Below the pieces are notes generated by a model. The model did not search any database, was not told where the DNA came from, and was given only the letters and a program-made list of their open reading frames with translations. Of a stretch of 39,767 nt of DNA, positions 10,289-20,755 are shown in pieces. A program made the translations under genes and the position numbers. Source of the stretch: Alphaproteobacteria bacterium (GTDB taxonomy: Bacteria > Pseudomonadota > Alphaproteobacteria > CAAGCB01 > CAG-977); assembly GCA_051888155.1 (NCBI GenBank), contig JBJFAY010000185.1, forward strand, positions 1 through 39,767, given 5' to 3'. How positions within the stretch are numbered: position 1 is the first letter of the stretch; each line of letters opens with the position of its first letter.

Positions 10289-10735
10289 TCAAACGGGATC
10301 TTTTTGCGTTGTTTCAAATGTCTGTGCGCGCATTGATTTTATACGCCGGCAGAGCATTCTGATAATATTTTTGCCCAATGCTTTGTGTTCGTTCATCAGC
10401 CGGTAAAGCGCCGGGCCGGAAATTTTAAACAAAGTCGTGTCTTCCAAAGCGGTGACCGTAATGTCGGCGGGGGAGGGATCCAAAGCCGTTAATTCGCCGA
10501 AAACGTCCAAAGCGTTATATTCCCGGACCGTTGTCCCGTTTTTATGGAAACGGATTTGGCCTTGCAGAATAATATACATATCATTCCAGGCTTCTCCTTC
10601 GCGGATCAGATCCGTACCGATCATGACGGTGATTTCTTCGCTGGCCGCGACAATGTCGGACAGGGTTGCTTCGGGAATGCCGGCAAACAACGGCACATTT
10701 TTCAGAATTAAGACTTTTTCGAGTGTTAAACGCAT
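10289..10735 (-). CDS. Cyclic nucleotide-binding domain protein
   Basis: EKVLILKNVPLF, IREGE, MYII.QG, VFGEL.ALD. Start set to ATG 10735 after AGGAG. Confidence 0.88.
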   Translation of the reverse strand: MRLTLEKVLILKNVPLFAGIPEATLSDIVAASEEITVMIGTDLIREGEAWNDMYIILQGQIRFHKNGTTVREYNALDVFGELTALDPSPADITVTALEDTTLFKISGPALYRLMNEHKALGKNIIRMLCRRIKSMRAQTFETTQKDPV

Positions 10736-10746
10736 AAAGATACTCC

Positions 10747-13569
10747 TTAGAAAACGATTTGTCCTCTGCCGTCGGTAATGAAACGGGCAATACGGGCGAC
10801 AGGGGCGGACGGATCGGACAAACAAACGGCAATCAGGCGGACGGCTTCTTCGCGCGGCAGGATTGCTCCGATTGCCCAGACGGCGGTTTCCCGAATAATC
10901 GGATCGGAAGCGGATAATAATCCGACCAATCCGTCAACAGACGATCTGTCCTTTAACTGTCCGGCAGCATAAGCGGCGCAGGCTTTCGTCCATTCGGTCA
11001 ATTCCCCGCCGGGAGACGCCAGGATATCATGAATATACCCTTCAACGGATAAAACGGGCGGATAAAAATGCGGCCGCAGCAAAGCCAGCTGTTGTTTAAC
11101 GGTTTTATTTTCAAATAAAGGCAGGCATAACATTCTGAGTTCGTCGGATAAAATTTTATCAACGATTTTTACCGCCGCTTCATTTTCCTTTTCTTTTTCC
11201 GCAGCGCCGTTCTTGTTCAGCAAGTCCTTAATGGCTTCGGACGGTTGTAATAACGCCAGCAAAAGCAAAATACGTTCTTTGATGTATTCGATTTCTCCGT
11301 TCAAAGCGGATTTTACAATTTCCAGCGATTCGGAAGAATTATCCGTTTTGTTTTTGTCAAAAACGCTGATCGCGGCCAGAATACCGGCGGCCGTTTCGAT
11401 TTCGTCGTAAAGGCATAAGCGGACGGTGTTGACTTCTTTACCCGACGCTTTGAAGCCGGATAAAACCAGAGCTTTGATAATATTATAACGTATCCGCCGG
11501 TCTTCGATCCGTATATGTTTGAACAGGAAACTTTCCGATTCGGGCGAAACGATTTTAGAAACGATATGAATCAGCAAAATACGGAATTGAATCGGATAAT
11601 CGTGATTAAGCAATATTTTTTCAATTTCCGGAAAAGCTTTTTCTCCGAATTGCAGCAATACCGTAATACCGTCTTCGCGCAATTCGGGGAATCTGAACGT
11701 TTCCATAATCGCCGGCAGCAGTTTCCGGTGTTGCAGTCTGCCTGCCGCCAGCAAAGCGACCTGGCATACGTCTTGATCGTCATCGTTCAACAGATGTATC
11801 AACGGGCGGTAAAACGCCGGATTTCCGGCGCAGCCCAGCACGACGGCGGCCATTTGTCTGTCTGCCGGATCGGCGGAAGCCGTCAGAGCGGCCGTCCGTT
11901 CGATCGCGGTAAACACGCCTTCGTGTCCCGCAGCGATTAATCCGGTCAAAGCGCCTTCCCGCATATCGGGATCGTCAATCAGTTCAATGGCTTTTTCCCT
12001 TGCGGCGTCATTGCCCAGACGGCACATGACGCGCAAAGCCGTTTGACGGACTGCAAAACTGCCGTCTTTGTCAACCAGTTCTTCCACTTCTTTAAGCGCG
12101 GACGAAAATCCCATTTGTTCGATTTTTGTCAGCGCGTACAGGCGAACGTCTTCGTTTTTATGATGCAGAGCCTGCTTTAACTTTACGGGGAAAAGGGCGC
12201 TTTGCGCTTCTTCGATGATACGCAGCGTATATAAAACTTCCTGCGAACTGTTACCGTTTAAATTTTCCGTCAGGAAACGGGCAATTCTTTTTCCCGCCAG
12301 CAGCAGCCGTCCGCCGCGCCACAAATGCGTTTTCAGTATATTTAAAATCAAACGCACATACACTTGGCGCATGGCCAGTGTAAAGCTGAAAACAACAACG
12401 GCCAGCCCCGTCATAAAATAAATCAGGTTTTGTTCTGTCAAAGAGTTTTCGGCGTACCATATAAACAAGCCGCATAACGCCAAAGCCGAAGGTTCGACGA
12501 CAGATTTGCGCAATATGGTCGCTCTGAATCCCGAACGCGGGGAAACGGCCAGAGGAATCGTTTGTAACGTTGTTTCTTTTGATTCTCCCGCGGCCAGTTC
12601 CAGAACGGATTTCCCCGCCGCAATCAGGCCGAAGATCGAAAACCACCCGCCCGCCGCGGCAAATATCAGCGCCGCGGGAATCAGGTAAAGCAGCGCGAAG
12701 AAAGAAATCCTCCCCTTGCTGAAGAAAAACAGCGCTCCGGCAGTTAAAACGGCCGTTAAAGCAAATACGCCGGCATATACGTTGGTGATTGCTCCGCTCT
12801 GCCCGCCGAAAGTCAAGGCGGTGGCGCTTAAAAAGTAATAATTGAAGACGCCCGCGGCAAAAAACAGCAGTCCGGATACCGTAAAGAAATAAAACGAAAG
12901 TTTTCTTTGCCGGGAATTATTGCCGCTGCGTTTGATTTTTTGCTTTTTGAAAGCAAAGTTTTCTTTGATCGGCGCAGATCCGTTGTCAATCAGTATTTTT
13001 AAAACAAATGCGGCCGCAAAACCGGAAAGGACGGCCCATAAAATTAAATATCCCGCGGATTCGTCCGCTGTCAGGCGGATTATTCCCGCCGCGCATAAAA
13101 CGGCAAAAGCCTGAACCGCCAAAACGGACAACAGCGTTTTGGGACGGCCGTTGAAAATACCGAAACGGAACGCGACGATCCAAAATGTTATTTCCGCAAC
13201 AATTTTAAACCCTTCTTTCCAAACCATAAGGCCTGCGCTCGGCAGGGGCGATTTTATAAATACGAAAGCCAGATAAAAAAGCAGCGAAATAAAAGAAACG
13301 GCAAACAAAATTATCGCCGGAGCGCGAGGGTTTCTTTCTTTCGGCGCCGATAATGCCGGCCAGATCAGGAAAGTCAGCGCCGCCGTAGCGATAAAGACCT
13401 GCGCTATTTTATTGCCCGAATACGCATTTAAAAATAAAACGGAAGCTCCGGCGTTCATTGAAACAACGGCAAACGTTTTAAAAAATGAACATAAAACCAG
13501 CAAAACGACAGGCAGCACGTCCTGAACCGAAAGATAAACGCCAGCTCCTAATTTTTTTACGCGAGCCAT
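10747..13569 (-). CDS. Membrane transporter-like (Npt/MFS-type N-terminus) protein with C-terminal HEAT repeats
   Basis: About 400 N-terminal aa of successive hydrophobic helices, then HEAT-like units (EDVRLYAL, AVRQTALR, DPIIRETAVWAIG). cNMP-binding gene immediately downstream. Confidence 0.72.
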   Translation of the reverse strand: MARVKKLGAGVYLSVQDVLPVVLLVLCSFFKTFAVVSMNAGASVLFLNAYSGNKIAQVFIATAALTFLIWPALSAPKERNPRAPAIILFAVSFISLLFYLAFVFIKSPLPSAGLMVWKEGFKIVAEITFWIVAFRFGIFNGRPKTLLSVLAVQAFAVLCAAGIIRLTADESAGYLILWAVLSGFAAAFVLKILIDNGSAPIKENFAFKKQKIKRSGNNSRQRKLSFYFFTVSGLLFFAAGVFNYYFLSATALTFGGQSGAITNVYAGVFALTAVLTAGALFFFSKGRISFFALLYLIPAALIFAAAGGWFSIFGLIAAGKSVLELAAGESKETTLQTIPLAVSPRSGFRATILRKSVVEPSALALCGLFIWYAENSLTEQNLIYFMTGLAVVVFSFTLAMRQVYVRLILNILKTHLWRGGRLLLAGKRIARFLTENLNGNSSQEVLYTLRIIEEAQSALFPVKLKQALHHKNEDVRLYALTKIEQMGFSSALKEVEELVDKDGSFAVRQTALRVMCRLGNDAAREKAIELIDDPDMREGALTGLIAAGHEGVFTAIERTAALTASADPADRQMAAVVLGCAGNPAFYRPLIHLLNDDDQDVCQVALLAAGRLQHRKLLPAIMETFRFPELREDGITVLLQFGEKAFPEIEKILLNHDYPIQFRILLIHIVSKIVSPESESFLFKHIRIEDRRIRYNIIKALVLSGFKASGKEVNTVRLCLYDEIETAAGILAAISVFDKNKTDNSSESLEIVKSALNGEIEYIKERILLLLALLQPSEAIKDLLNKNGAAEKEKENEAAVKIVDKILSDELRMLCLPLFENKTVKQQLALLRPHFYPPVLSVEGYIHDILASPGGELTEWTKACAAYAAGQLKDRSSVDGLVGLLSASDPIIRETAVWAIGAILPREEAVRLIAVCLSDPSAPVARIARFITDGRGQIVF

Positions 13570-14498
13570 TAAACCTCCTCTTGCGCCAGCCCCATCAGAG
13601 AGCGGGCATAATCTTGCGCTTTAAACGGTTGTAAATCGGTAATTTGTTCTCCGACGCCGATCAGGTGCATCGGCAGCTTGAATTCATCGGTCAGCGCGAT
13701 AGTCACGCCGCCTTTGGCCGTGCCGTCCAGTTTGGTTAAAACCAGTCCCGTTACGGGAATCATTTCGGAAAAAATTTTCACCTGAGAATGGGCGTTTTGG
13801 CCGACGGTCGCGTCCAAAACCTGTAAGCAGGCATGCGGCGCGTCGGGAATTTGTTTTTTGATAATGCGGATAATTTTTTGCAGTTCTTCCATTAATTCCG
13901 ATTTGTTTTGCAGTCGTCCGGCCGTATCAATAAACAGAATGTCGTCGTCGTTTTTACGCGCTTCGGCCAAAGCGTCGAAAACCAATCCCGCCGCGTCTGC
14001 TCCGGCTGGGCGGGATACGACGGGACACCCCGTGCGTTCCCCCCAGACTTTTAACTGTTCGACCGCCGCCGCCCTGAATGTGTCCGCCGCGGCCAACCGG
14101 ACTTTCAATCCGCGCTGTTTATATTGATGCGCCAGCTTGCCGATCGTCGTCGTTTTACCCGCGCCGTTGACGCCCGCCATTAAAATGACAAACGGTTTTT
14201 TATCGGGGGCAATCTTTAATTCCTGCGCGTAAGGTTCCAACTTCGCGGCGATTTTATCGGCGAAGAACGAACGGACTTCTTCGGAATCGACTTCTTTGTC
14301 AAATTTTTCTTTGGCCAATTCGGCTGTCAGCGCGCCGGCCGTTTTCGTGCCGACGTCAGCCATGATTAACAGGTCTTCGATTTCGTTCAGCGTTTCCCGG
14401 TCGAGCTTTTTTTTGGTCAACAGCCCGCCGATTCCCGAAACCAAAGGCGCGGCAGTGCGCGACAATCCCTGTTTTATGCGCTCAAACCAGCCTGACAT
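13569..14498 (-). CDS. ftsY: Signal recognition particle receptor FtsY
   Basis: GVNGAGKTTTIGKLA, DTFRAAA, DTAGRLQN, TKLDGTAKGG. Confidence 0.97.
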   Translation of the reverse strand: MSGWFERIKQGLSRTAAPLVSGIGGLLTKKKLDRETLNEIEDLLIMADVGTKTAGALTAELAKEKFDKEVDSEEVRSFFADKIAAKLEPYAQELKIAPDKKPFVILMAGVNGAGKTTTIGKLAHQYKQRGLKVRLAAADTFRAAAVEQLKVWGERTGCPVVSRPAGADAAGLVFDALAEARKNDDDILFIDTAGRLQNKSELMEELQKIIRIIKKQIPDAPHACLQVLDATVGQNAHSQVKIFSEMIPVTGLVLTKLDGTAKGGVTIALTDEFKLPMHLIGVGEQITDLQPFKAQDYARSLMGLAQEEV

Positions 14499-14499
14499 A

Positions 14500-15711
14500 T
14501 TAAAGAACGCTCCCTTCAAAAACACCTGTTTGCATAATACCCGTCAGCCGTACGGGAATAAAATCCCCGGCCTTAAAACTGCCGGCGACATGTACGTTCA
14601 GATAATGTTCGCACAGTCCTTTTTGATCTGTTTCATACAGAACGACGGCCGTTTGCCCTATTTTGCCCCGCATATATTCAAAAAGCAAGCGTTCTCCCGT
14701 ATTTCTTAGTATCTTTGCGCGTTCTTTGCGTACGGGGACGGGAACCTGCGGCATTTTGGCCGCCGGCGTTCCGGGGCGCACGGAATACGGAAAGACATGC
14801 AAATGCGTTATGCCGGCCGTTTGTATCAGATCAATCGTGTTATTAAACATTGCTTCGGTTTCGGTCGGGAATCCCGTGATAAAGTCGGCGCCGAAGACGA
14901 TATCCGGCCGCGCCGCGCGCAGTTTTTGACATAAGGTCAGAATATCTTCGCGCGTATGCCGGCGGGCCATGCGTTTCAAGATCATGTTATCGCCGGACTG
15001 GGCGGACAGATGAACGTGCGGCTGTAAAACGCCGGAACGGCCGAACAAAGCGATCAGATCGTCATGTACGCACGCCGGATCAAGCGATCCCAAACGCAGC
15101 CTTTTCAGCCCGTTGATTTTTGTCAAAGCTTCAACCAATTCAGCAAAATCGGGATAATCCGTAATGTCAACGCCGGTCAGCCCGATTTCGGCATATCCCT
15201 GATCGACCAGCTTTCGGGCATGATGCAGAATTTTTTGCGCCGGCAGGTAAACGCTTTTGCCGCGAGCCTGCGGGACGATGCAGAACGTGCAGTGATTGTC
15301 GCAGCCCTGCTGGATTTGAATGAACGCCCGGCAGCGCCCGTCGAAAAAAACGGGTTCCGGCGGTTCAAAATCGACGGAAGTATCCGGATCGGCGACTAAA
15401 ACGTCAGGCTTTCCGGGTTTGAAGTTTTCAGCGTTCAGTTTTTCGCGGTTGCCCAGAACACGGTCGACTTCGGGCATTTGCGCATAAATTTCCGGGTGAA
15501 CCTGGGCGGCGCAGCCGGTAACGACCAGATAAGCGTCAGGGTGCTCCCGGCGCAGTTTTCTGATCGTTTGGCGGCACTGGCGTTCGGCTTCGCCCGTTAC
15601 CGCGCAGGTGTTGACGATGATAATATTGTCCGCCAGCCCCTGCAATTCCTGCATGGCGGCGGATTCATAAGCGTTTAAACGACAGCCGAAAGTAACGATT
15701 TGCACGGGCAT
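14500..15711 (-). CDS. mtaB: tRNA (t6A37) methylthiotransferase MtaB, radical SAM
   Basis: TFGCRLN.YES, NTCAVT.EA, TGCAAQ, CDNHCTFC, HVFPYS.RPGTPAA. Confidence 0.92.
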   Translation of the reverse strand: MPVQIVTFGCRLNAYESAAMQELQGLADNIIIVNTCAVTGEAERQCRQTIRKLRREHPDAYLVVTGCAAQVHPEIYAQMPEVDRVLGNREKLNAENFKPGKPDVLVADPDTSVDFEPPEPVFFDGRCRAFIQIQQGCDNHCTFCIVPQARGKSVYLPAQKILHHARKLVDQGYAEIGLTGVDITDYPDFAELVEALTKINGLKRLRLGSLDPACVHDDLIALFGRSGVLQPHVHLSAQSGDNMILKRMARRHTREDILTLCQKLRAARPDIVFGADFITGFPTETEAMFNNTIDLIQTAGITHLHVFPYSVRPGTPAAKMPQVPVPVRKERAKILRNTGERLLFEYMRGKIGQTAVVLYETDQKGLCEHYLNVHVAGSFKAGDFIPVRLTGIMQTGVFEGSVL

Positions 15712-15825
15712 GACATATCCTGAACTTTTTTTACGGTAACTTAACAAAAAATGTATCCGGGAGCAAATATTTGCGGTCGAAATATTTCTTTTTTGTTTTT
15801 ATGCGCGAAAAAGAGTCTTTCTTTG

Positions 15826-15854
15826 TTGACTCTTTGCCGGCAAAAGGGTATACA
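15826..15854 (+). promoter_or_regulatory. Sigma70-type promoter for the ffh operon
   Basis: TTGACT-17 bp-TATACA. The spacer holds the palindrome TTTGCCGGCAAA. Confidence 0.6.
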
Positions 15855-15879
15855 AACCTTGTTTTCATAAAGGTTTTAA

Positions 15880-15940
15880 CGCCTTATGCCTCCGAGGAGG
15901 TCCGTCTGCCGGTGAAGGTACGCTCACAGACGCCTTTTTT
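15880..15940 (+). promoter_or_regulatory. Structured ffh leader RNA / attenuator-like hairpin
   Basis: CGTCTG...CAGACG stem followed by CCTTTTTT, between the promoter and the ffh start. Confidence 0.4.
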
Positions 15941-15966
15941 GTATGTATAAGGAATACAGAGGAAAA

Positions 15967-17358
15967 ATGTTCGATACTTTGGCAGAAAAATTAGGCGGCA
16001 TATTTGACCGCCTGGCGCGCCGGGGGGCTTTAAGCGAAGCCAACGTTGACGAAGCCATGCGCGAAATCCGCATCGCTTTGCTGGAAGCCGACGTTGCTCT
16101 GCCCGTCGTTAAGGATTTTATCGCCAAAGTTCGCGAACAGGCCGTCGGCCAAGCCGTGATTAAGTCCGTCACGCCGTCGCAGATGGTCGTTAAAATCGTC
16201 AATGACGCTCTGGTCGAAATGCTGGGCGGTGAAAATGCCGCGCTGGATCTGGCGGCGGTTCCTCCCGTTCCGGTTTTAATGGTCGGGCTGCAGGGGTCGG
16301 GAAAAACGACGACTTCGGCAAAACTGGCTTTGCGCCTGAAAAAAGAAAAAAAGAAAGTTCTGCTGGCGTCTTTGGATATTTACCGTCCGGCGGCGCAGGA
16401 ACAGCTGGCGCAGCTCGGAAAGCAGATTGACGTCGATACGCTGCCCGTTATTGTCGGGGAAAAGCCGAAAGCGATTGCTCAGCGCGCGATGGCCGAAGGA
16501 CGCAGAGGCGGCTATGACGTCGTTATTTTGGATACGGCGGGACGGCTGCATATCGACCTCGACATGATGGGGGAAGTCGCCGAAGTCCGTTCGATCGTGC
16601 AGCCGAAGGAAACGCTTTTGGTCGTCGACGCTCTGGCCGGCCAGGACGCGGTGAACGTTGCGCGCGAATTTAACGATAAAATCGGCGTCACAGGCATTGT
16701 TCTGACCCGTATCGACGGCGATTCGCGCGGCGGCGCGGCTTTGTCGATGCGCGCGGTGACGGGACGGCCGATCAAGTTTTTGGGCGCCGGCGAAAAGGTC
16801 GAAGCGCTGGAACCGTTCCGCCCCGATCGTCTGGCCGGGCGTATTTTGGGAATGGGCGACGTTGTTTCTTTGGTGGAAACGGCGGCGGAAAAAATGGATA
16901 AGGACGAAGCGGAACGTGTCGCCAAGCGCATGATGGAGGGCCGCTTTGATTTAAACGACATGTTGTCCCAGCTGCGCCAGATGCAGAAAATGGGCGATTT
17001 GAAAGGGCTGCTGGGCATGCTGCCGGGAATAGGCAAATTCAAAGCGCAGCTGGACGCGGCCAAAATCGACAATAAAGTTTTTAAACGGCAGGAGGCGATC
17101 ATTCTTTCCATGACGTTTCGGGAACGCCGGAATCCGGACATCATCAAAGCGGCGCGTAAAAAACGCATTGCCGCGGGGTGCGGCTTGTCCGTTCAGGACG
17201 TCAACAAATTGTTGAAGCAGTATGAACAAATCGCAGACGTGATGAAAAAGATGAAAAAAATGGGAAAGAAAGGACTGTTCGGGGGTCTGCCCGGCGGTTT
17301 CGGCGGCGGAACGGGCGCGATGGGGGGATTTCCTCCGTTCGGCGGCTTTCCGTCATAA
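15967..17358 (+). CDS. ffh: Signal recognition particle protein Ffh
   Basis: ALLEADV, GLQGSGKTTT, DTAGRLH, GDSRGGAALS, Met-rich M domain. Confidence 0.98.
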   Translation: MFDTLAEKLGGIFDRLARRGALSEANVDEAMREIRIALLEADVALPVVKDFIAKVREQAVGQAVIKSVTPSQMVVKIVNDALVEMLGGENAALDLAAVPPVPVLMVGLQGSGKTTTSAKLALRLKKEKKKVLLASLDIYRPAAQEQLAQLGKQIDVDTLPVIVGEKPKAIAQRAMAEGRRGGYDVVILDTAGRLHIDLDMMGEVAEVRSIVQPKETLLVVDALAGQDAVNVAREFNDKIGVTGIVLTRIDGDSRGGAALSMRAVTGRPIKFLGAGEKVEALEPFRPDRLAGRILGMGDVVSLVETAAEKMDKDEAERVAKRMMEGRFDLNDMLSQLRQMQKMGDLKGLLGMLPGIGKFKAQLDAAKIDNKVFKRQEAIILSMTFRERRNPDIIKAARKKRIAAGCGLSVQDVNKLLKQYEQIADVMKKMKKMGKKGLFGGLPGGFGGGTGAMGGFPPFGGFPS

Positions 17359-17397
17359 TGCAGACAATAACTTTAGATTTAAGTGAGGTAACTAAAT

Positions 17398-17784
17398 ATG
17401 TCAGTTCGTATCAGACTTGCCCGCGGCGGATCGAAAGGGGCTCCTTTCCATAAAATCGTCGTGGCTGACCAGCGCGCGCCGCGTGACGGCCGCTTTATTG
17501 AACGTGTCGGATCTTACAATCCGCTGCTGCCGGCGGAACATGCCGACCGCATCGTTGTCAAGGCCGACCGTGTAAAATATTGGCTGGGCGTCGGCGCTCA
17601 ACCGACCGAACGTGTTGCGAAACTGTTGTCCAAAATGGGATTGTGCGCCGCGCCGGTTATTAACGAACGCCCGCAGAAATCCGCGCCGAAGGCAAAGGCT
17701 CAGGAACGCGCGAAGGCTAAGGCCGAAGCTGCCGCCGCCGCTGCCGAAGCGGCTGCTGCTCCTGCCGAATCGGCTGAAGCTTAA
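17398..17784 (+). CDS. rpsP: 30S ribosomal protein S16
   Basis: [34 protein letters not shown]. Confidence 0.98.
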   Translation: MSVRIRLARGGSKGAPFHKIVVADQRAPRDGRFIERVGSYNPLLPAEHADRIVVKADRVKYWLGVGAQPTERVAKLLSKMGLCAAPVINERPQKSAPKAKAQERAKAKAEAAAAAAEAAAAPAESAEA

Positions 17785-17809
17785 TTTTCTTTGAAGAAAG
17801 ATAACGGCA

Positions 17810-18340
17810 ATGACTGTTTCCGGGGATAACAATCTGATTTGCGTGGGCGTCATTACGACGGTTCACGGCGTCCGCGGAAATGTCAAAGTCAAAAGCTTTA
17901 CGCGCAACGCGGCTGATTTTGCCGGTTTCGGAACATTGTGCGATGCGTCGGGCGGTCGTTCTTTTAACGTTAGAATCGTCGGGGAGAGCAAAGGAATTTT
18001 TCTGGTTCAAATCGACGGGATAACGGACAGAACGGCGGCGGAAGCGCTGCGGGGAACGGAATTGTACATTTCCCGCGACAAATTGCCCGAAACGGCGGAA
18101 AACGAATTTTACTATGTCGATCTGATCGGTATGACGGCGAAAGCGCCAGACGGTAAAGTTCTGGGACGGATCAGGGCCGTTTATAATTTCGGCGCGGGGG
18201 ACATGCTGGAAATTAACGGGGTTGAGGACTTCGTTTCTTTTTCGCAGAAAAATGTACCCGACGTTGATTTGAAAAATAAAACGGTAACGGTCTGTGTGCC
18301 GCAAAGCGTTGAAGCAAAACCCGAAAAGCCGGAGTCGTAA
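17810..18340 (+). CDS. rimM: Ribosome maturation factor RimM
   Basis: HGVRG.VKVKSFT, DRTAAEALRG, EFY..DLIG, NFGAGD.LEI; synteny. Confidence 0.96.
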   Translation: MTVSGDNNLICVGVITTVHGVRGNVKVKSFTRNAADFAGFGTLCDASGGRSFNVRIVGESKGIFLVQIDGITDRTAAEALRGTELYISRDKLPETAENEFYYVDLIGMTAKAPDGKVLGRIRAVYNFGAGDMLEINGVEDFVSFSQKNVPDVDLKNKTVTVCVPQSVEAKPEKPES

Positions 18341-19051
18341 ATGTCTTTTTTTACGGCGAACGTGCTGACCGTTTTTCCCGAAATGTTTCCGGGTTATCTG
18401 GGACATTCTTTGGCGGGGAAAGCTCTGGACGAAGGAGTGTGGACGCTGAACGTGACGAATATCCGCGATTTTGCCGCGGACCGTCATAAAACGGTGGACG
18501 ATACGCCTTTCGGCGGCGGGGCGGGCATGGTGATGCGCCCCGATGTGCTGGGCAGAGCGGTCGAATCGGTTTACCGGACGGGTTCGCGTTTGATCTATTT
18601 TTCACCGCGCGGCGCGCAAGTGACGCAGAAAATGGTGGAAGAACTGGCAAGTGAAGGCGAAGCGACTTTTCTTTGCGGCCGGTTTGAAGGAATAGACGAA
18701 CGCATTTTGGAAGCTTATCCGTTTGAAGAAGTCAGCTTAGGCGACTTTGTTCTTTCGGGGGGCGAACCGGCGGCTTTGGCGGTATTGGACGCGATTGTGC
18801 GTTTGCTGCCGGGCGTAATGGGGTGCCGTGATTCTTTGAACGAAGAAAGTTTCAGCAACGGTTTGCTGGAATATCCGCAGTATACACGTCCGGTCGAATG
18901 GAACGGGCGCACGGTGCCGGAAGTGTTAAGTTCCGGACATCACGGACGAATAGCCGCGTGGCGTTTGTCACAGGCCGAAGAATTAACAAAACAGCGGCGG
19001 CCGGATTTGTGGAAAGCTTATCTGGAAACCGCAAAAAAGCGAGAGGATTAA
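18341..19051 (+). CDS. trmD: tRNA (guanine-N1)-methyltransferase TrmD
   Basis: [44 protein letters not shown]. Confidence 0.98.
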   Translation: MSFFTANVLTVFPEMFPGYLGHSLAGKALDEGVWTLNVTNIRDFAADRHKTVDDTPFGGGAGMVMRPDVLGRAVESVYRTGSRLIYFSPRGAQVTQKMVEELASEGEATFLCGRFEGIDERILEAYPFEEVSLGDFVLSGGEPAALAVLDAIVRLLPGVMGCRDSLNEESFSNGLLEYPQYTRPVEWNGRTVPEVLSSGHHGRIAAWRLSQAEELTKQRRPDLWKAYLETAKKRED

Positions 19052-19055
19052 AAAA

Positions 19056-19427
19056 ATGGATTTGATTAAAACGCTCGAAAAAGAGCAGATGGAAAAACTG
19101 ACGAAGAAAGAAGGTTTTCCTGAATTTAAAGCCGGCGACACGCTGCGCGTTCACGCGAAAGTGGTCGAAGGCGACCGCGAACGTATTCAGGTTTTTGAAG
19201 GCGTTTGCATTGCGCGCAAAAACGACGGTTTGAATTCGACCTTCACCGTGCGCAAAATTTCTTTCGGCGAAGGCGTTGAACGTGTGTTCCCCGTTTATTC
19301 TCCGAATGTCGCTAAGGTAGAAGTTTCCCGCCGCGGTAAAGTCCGCCGCGCCAAGTTGTATTACCTCCGCAACCTGCGCGGTAAAGCGGCCCGTATCGCC
19401 GAAGTCAACGATACGGCGGCGAAATAA
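19056..19427 (+). CDS. rplS: 50S ribosomal protein L19
   Basis: [34 protein letters not shown]. Confidence 0.98.
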   Translation: MDLIKTLEKEQMEKLTKKEGFPEFKAGDTLRVHAKVVEGDRERIQVFEGVCIARKNDGLNSTFTVRKISFGEGVERVFPVYSPNVAKVEVSRRGKVRRAKLYYLRNLRGKAARIAEVNDTAAK

Positions 19428-19451
19428 TTTCTTTTTGCCTCTGGCTTTCGA

Positions 19452-19488
19452 AAAGGAAGCGGACTGTTTTCGGTCCGTCTTCCTTTCG
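19452..19488 (+). terminator. Hairpin after rplS, possible weak terminator
   Basis: AAGGAAGCGGACTG-TTTT-CGGTCCGTCTTCCTT; poor U-tract. Confidence 0.4.
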
Positions 19489-19571
19489 GCGGAGCTGAAA
19501 GAATTTTTCCTGATGCTTTTGATTGAAAGCATGCGGGCTTTTATTGTTTTTTGATTATTGGAGAAAACGCA

Positions 19572-20591
19572 ATGGTAAAGGTTGCTGTTGTCGGCGCGAC
19601 GGGAAATGTCGGACGCGAAATGCTGCAGACGCTGGCGCAAAGGGAATTTCCGGCGGACGAAGTTTTTGCCGTGGCTTCCGCAAAATCGGCCGGAAAAGAA
19701 GTTTCTTTCGGCGAAGACGCCGTTTTAAAAGTTCACGATCTGGACAAGTTTGATTTTTCGGGCGTTGATATTGCCCTGATGAGCGCGGGCGGTTCCGTTT
19801 CGGAAAAATACGCGCCGAAAATCGCGGCGGCCGGCTGTGTCGTTATTGACAATTCGTCACAGTGGCGTATGGATCCCGACGTGCCTTTGGTCGTGCCCGA
19901 AGTCAACCCCGAAGCGATTGCGGATTATAAAAAGAAGAACATTATTGCCAATCCTAACTGTTCGACGATTCAGATGGTCGTTCCTTTGGCCGCGCTGCAC
20001 AAAGCGTTTCATGTCACGCGCGTGGTCGTGACGACGTATCAGTCCGTATCCGGCGCCGGCAAAGCGGCAATGGACGAATTGTTCGATCAGACAAAAGGCA
20101 TTTATTGGGGCGAAGAATTATCCAAGACGCAAAACAAATTTCCCAAACAAATTGCGTTTAACGTCATTCCGCATATTGACGTTTTTATGGACGACGGCGC
20201 GACCAAAGAAGAATGGAAAATGACGGCGGAGACCAAAAAGATTTTGGATCCGAAGATCAAAGTTCACGCCAACTGCGCGCGCGTTCCCGTATTTATCGGG
20301 CATGCGGAATATGTCAATATTGAAACGGAAAAGGAAATTTCGGATAAAGACGCGACGTTTATTTTGAAAAAAACGCCGGGCGTAACGGTGTTGGATACGC
20401 GCGAACCGGGCGGTTATCCGACGCAGGCCGAAGTGGCGGGCGAAGACGACGTTTTTGTTTCGCGTATCCGGTCGGATTCGACGGTTGACAACGGACTGAG
20501 CTTTTGGTGCGTGGCGGACAATCTGCGCAAAGGGGCGGCTTTGAACGCCGTTCAGATCGCCGAGGTGTTGCTCAAAGATTATTTGAAATAA
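19572..20591 (+). CDS. asd: Aspartate-semialdehyde dehydrogenase
   Basis: VAVVGATGNVG, IIANPNCSTIQ, TYQSVSGAG, DNLRKGAALNAVQIAE. Confidence 0.97.
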   Translation: MVKVAVVGATGNVGREMLQTLAQREFPADEVFAVASAKSAGKEVSFGEDAVLKVHDLDKFDFSGVDIALMSAGGSVSEKYAPKIAAAGCVVIDNSSQWRMDPDVPLVVPEVNPEAIADYKKKNIIANPNCSTIQMVVPLAALHKAFHVTRVVVTTYQSVSGAGKAAMDELFDQTKGIYWGEELSKTQNKFPKQIAFNVIPHIDVFMDDGATKEEWKMTAETKKILDPKIKVHANCARVPVFIGHAEYVNIETEKEISDKDATFILKKTPGVTVLDTREPGGYPTQAEVAGEDDVFVSRIRSDSTVDNGLSFWCVADNLRKGAALNAVQIAEVLLKDYLK

Positions 20592-20608
20592 TTTTTATAT
20601 TGTTTGCC

Positions 20609-20645
20609 AAAGCCTTGCGGATACTCTGCAAGGCTTTCTTTTTTT
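20609..20645 (+). terminator. Intrinsic terminator after asd
   Basis: AAAGCCTTGCGGA-TAC-TCTGCAAGGCTTT followed by a T-run. Confidence 0.8.
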
Positions 20646-20755
20646 AGAAAGAAACATATATTGTATTATGTCTCGGCTGGTTTAAAGTTATTTTTTCTGA
20701 TACAACAAACCGGAAAGTATTTAATTAAATCTGAAAGAACAGACAGGATCCCGAT

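Noticed and set aside
17270-17784. Gly/Pro/Phe-rich Ffh tail and Ala-rich S16 tail as repeats
   Set aside because: Ordinary low-complexity C-terminal extensions common in alphaproteobacterial orthologs.
16512-19640. Long antisense ORFs (218-262 aa) over ffh, rimM, trmD and rplS
   Set aside because: Shadow frames of conserved genes with no protein motifs.
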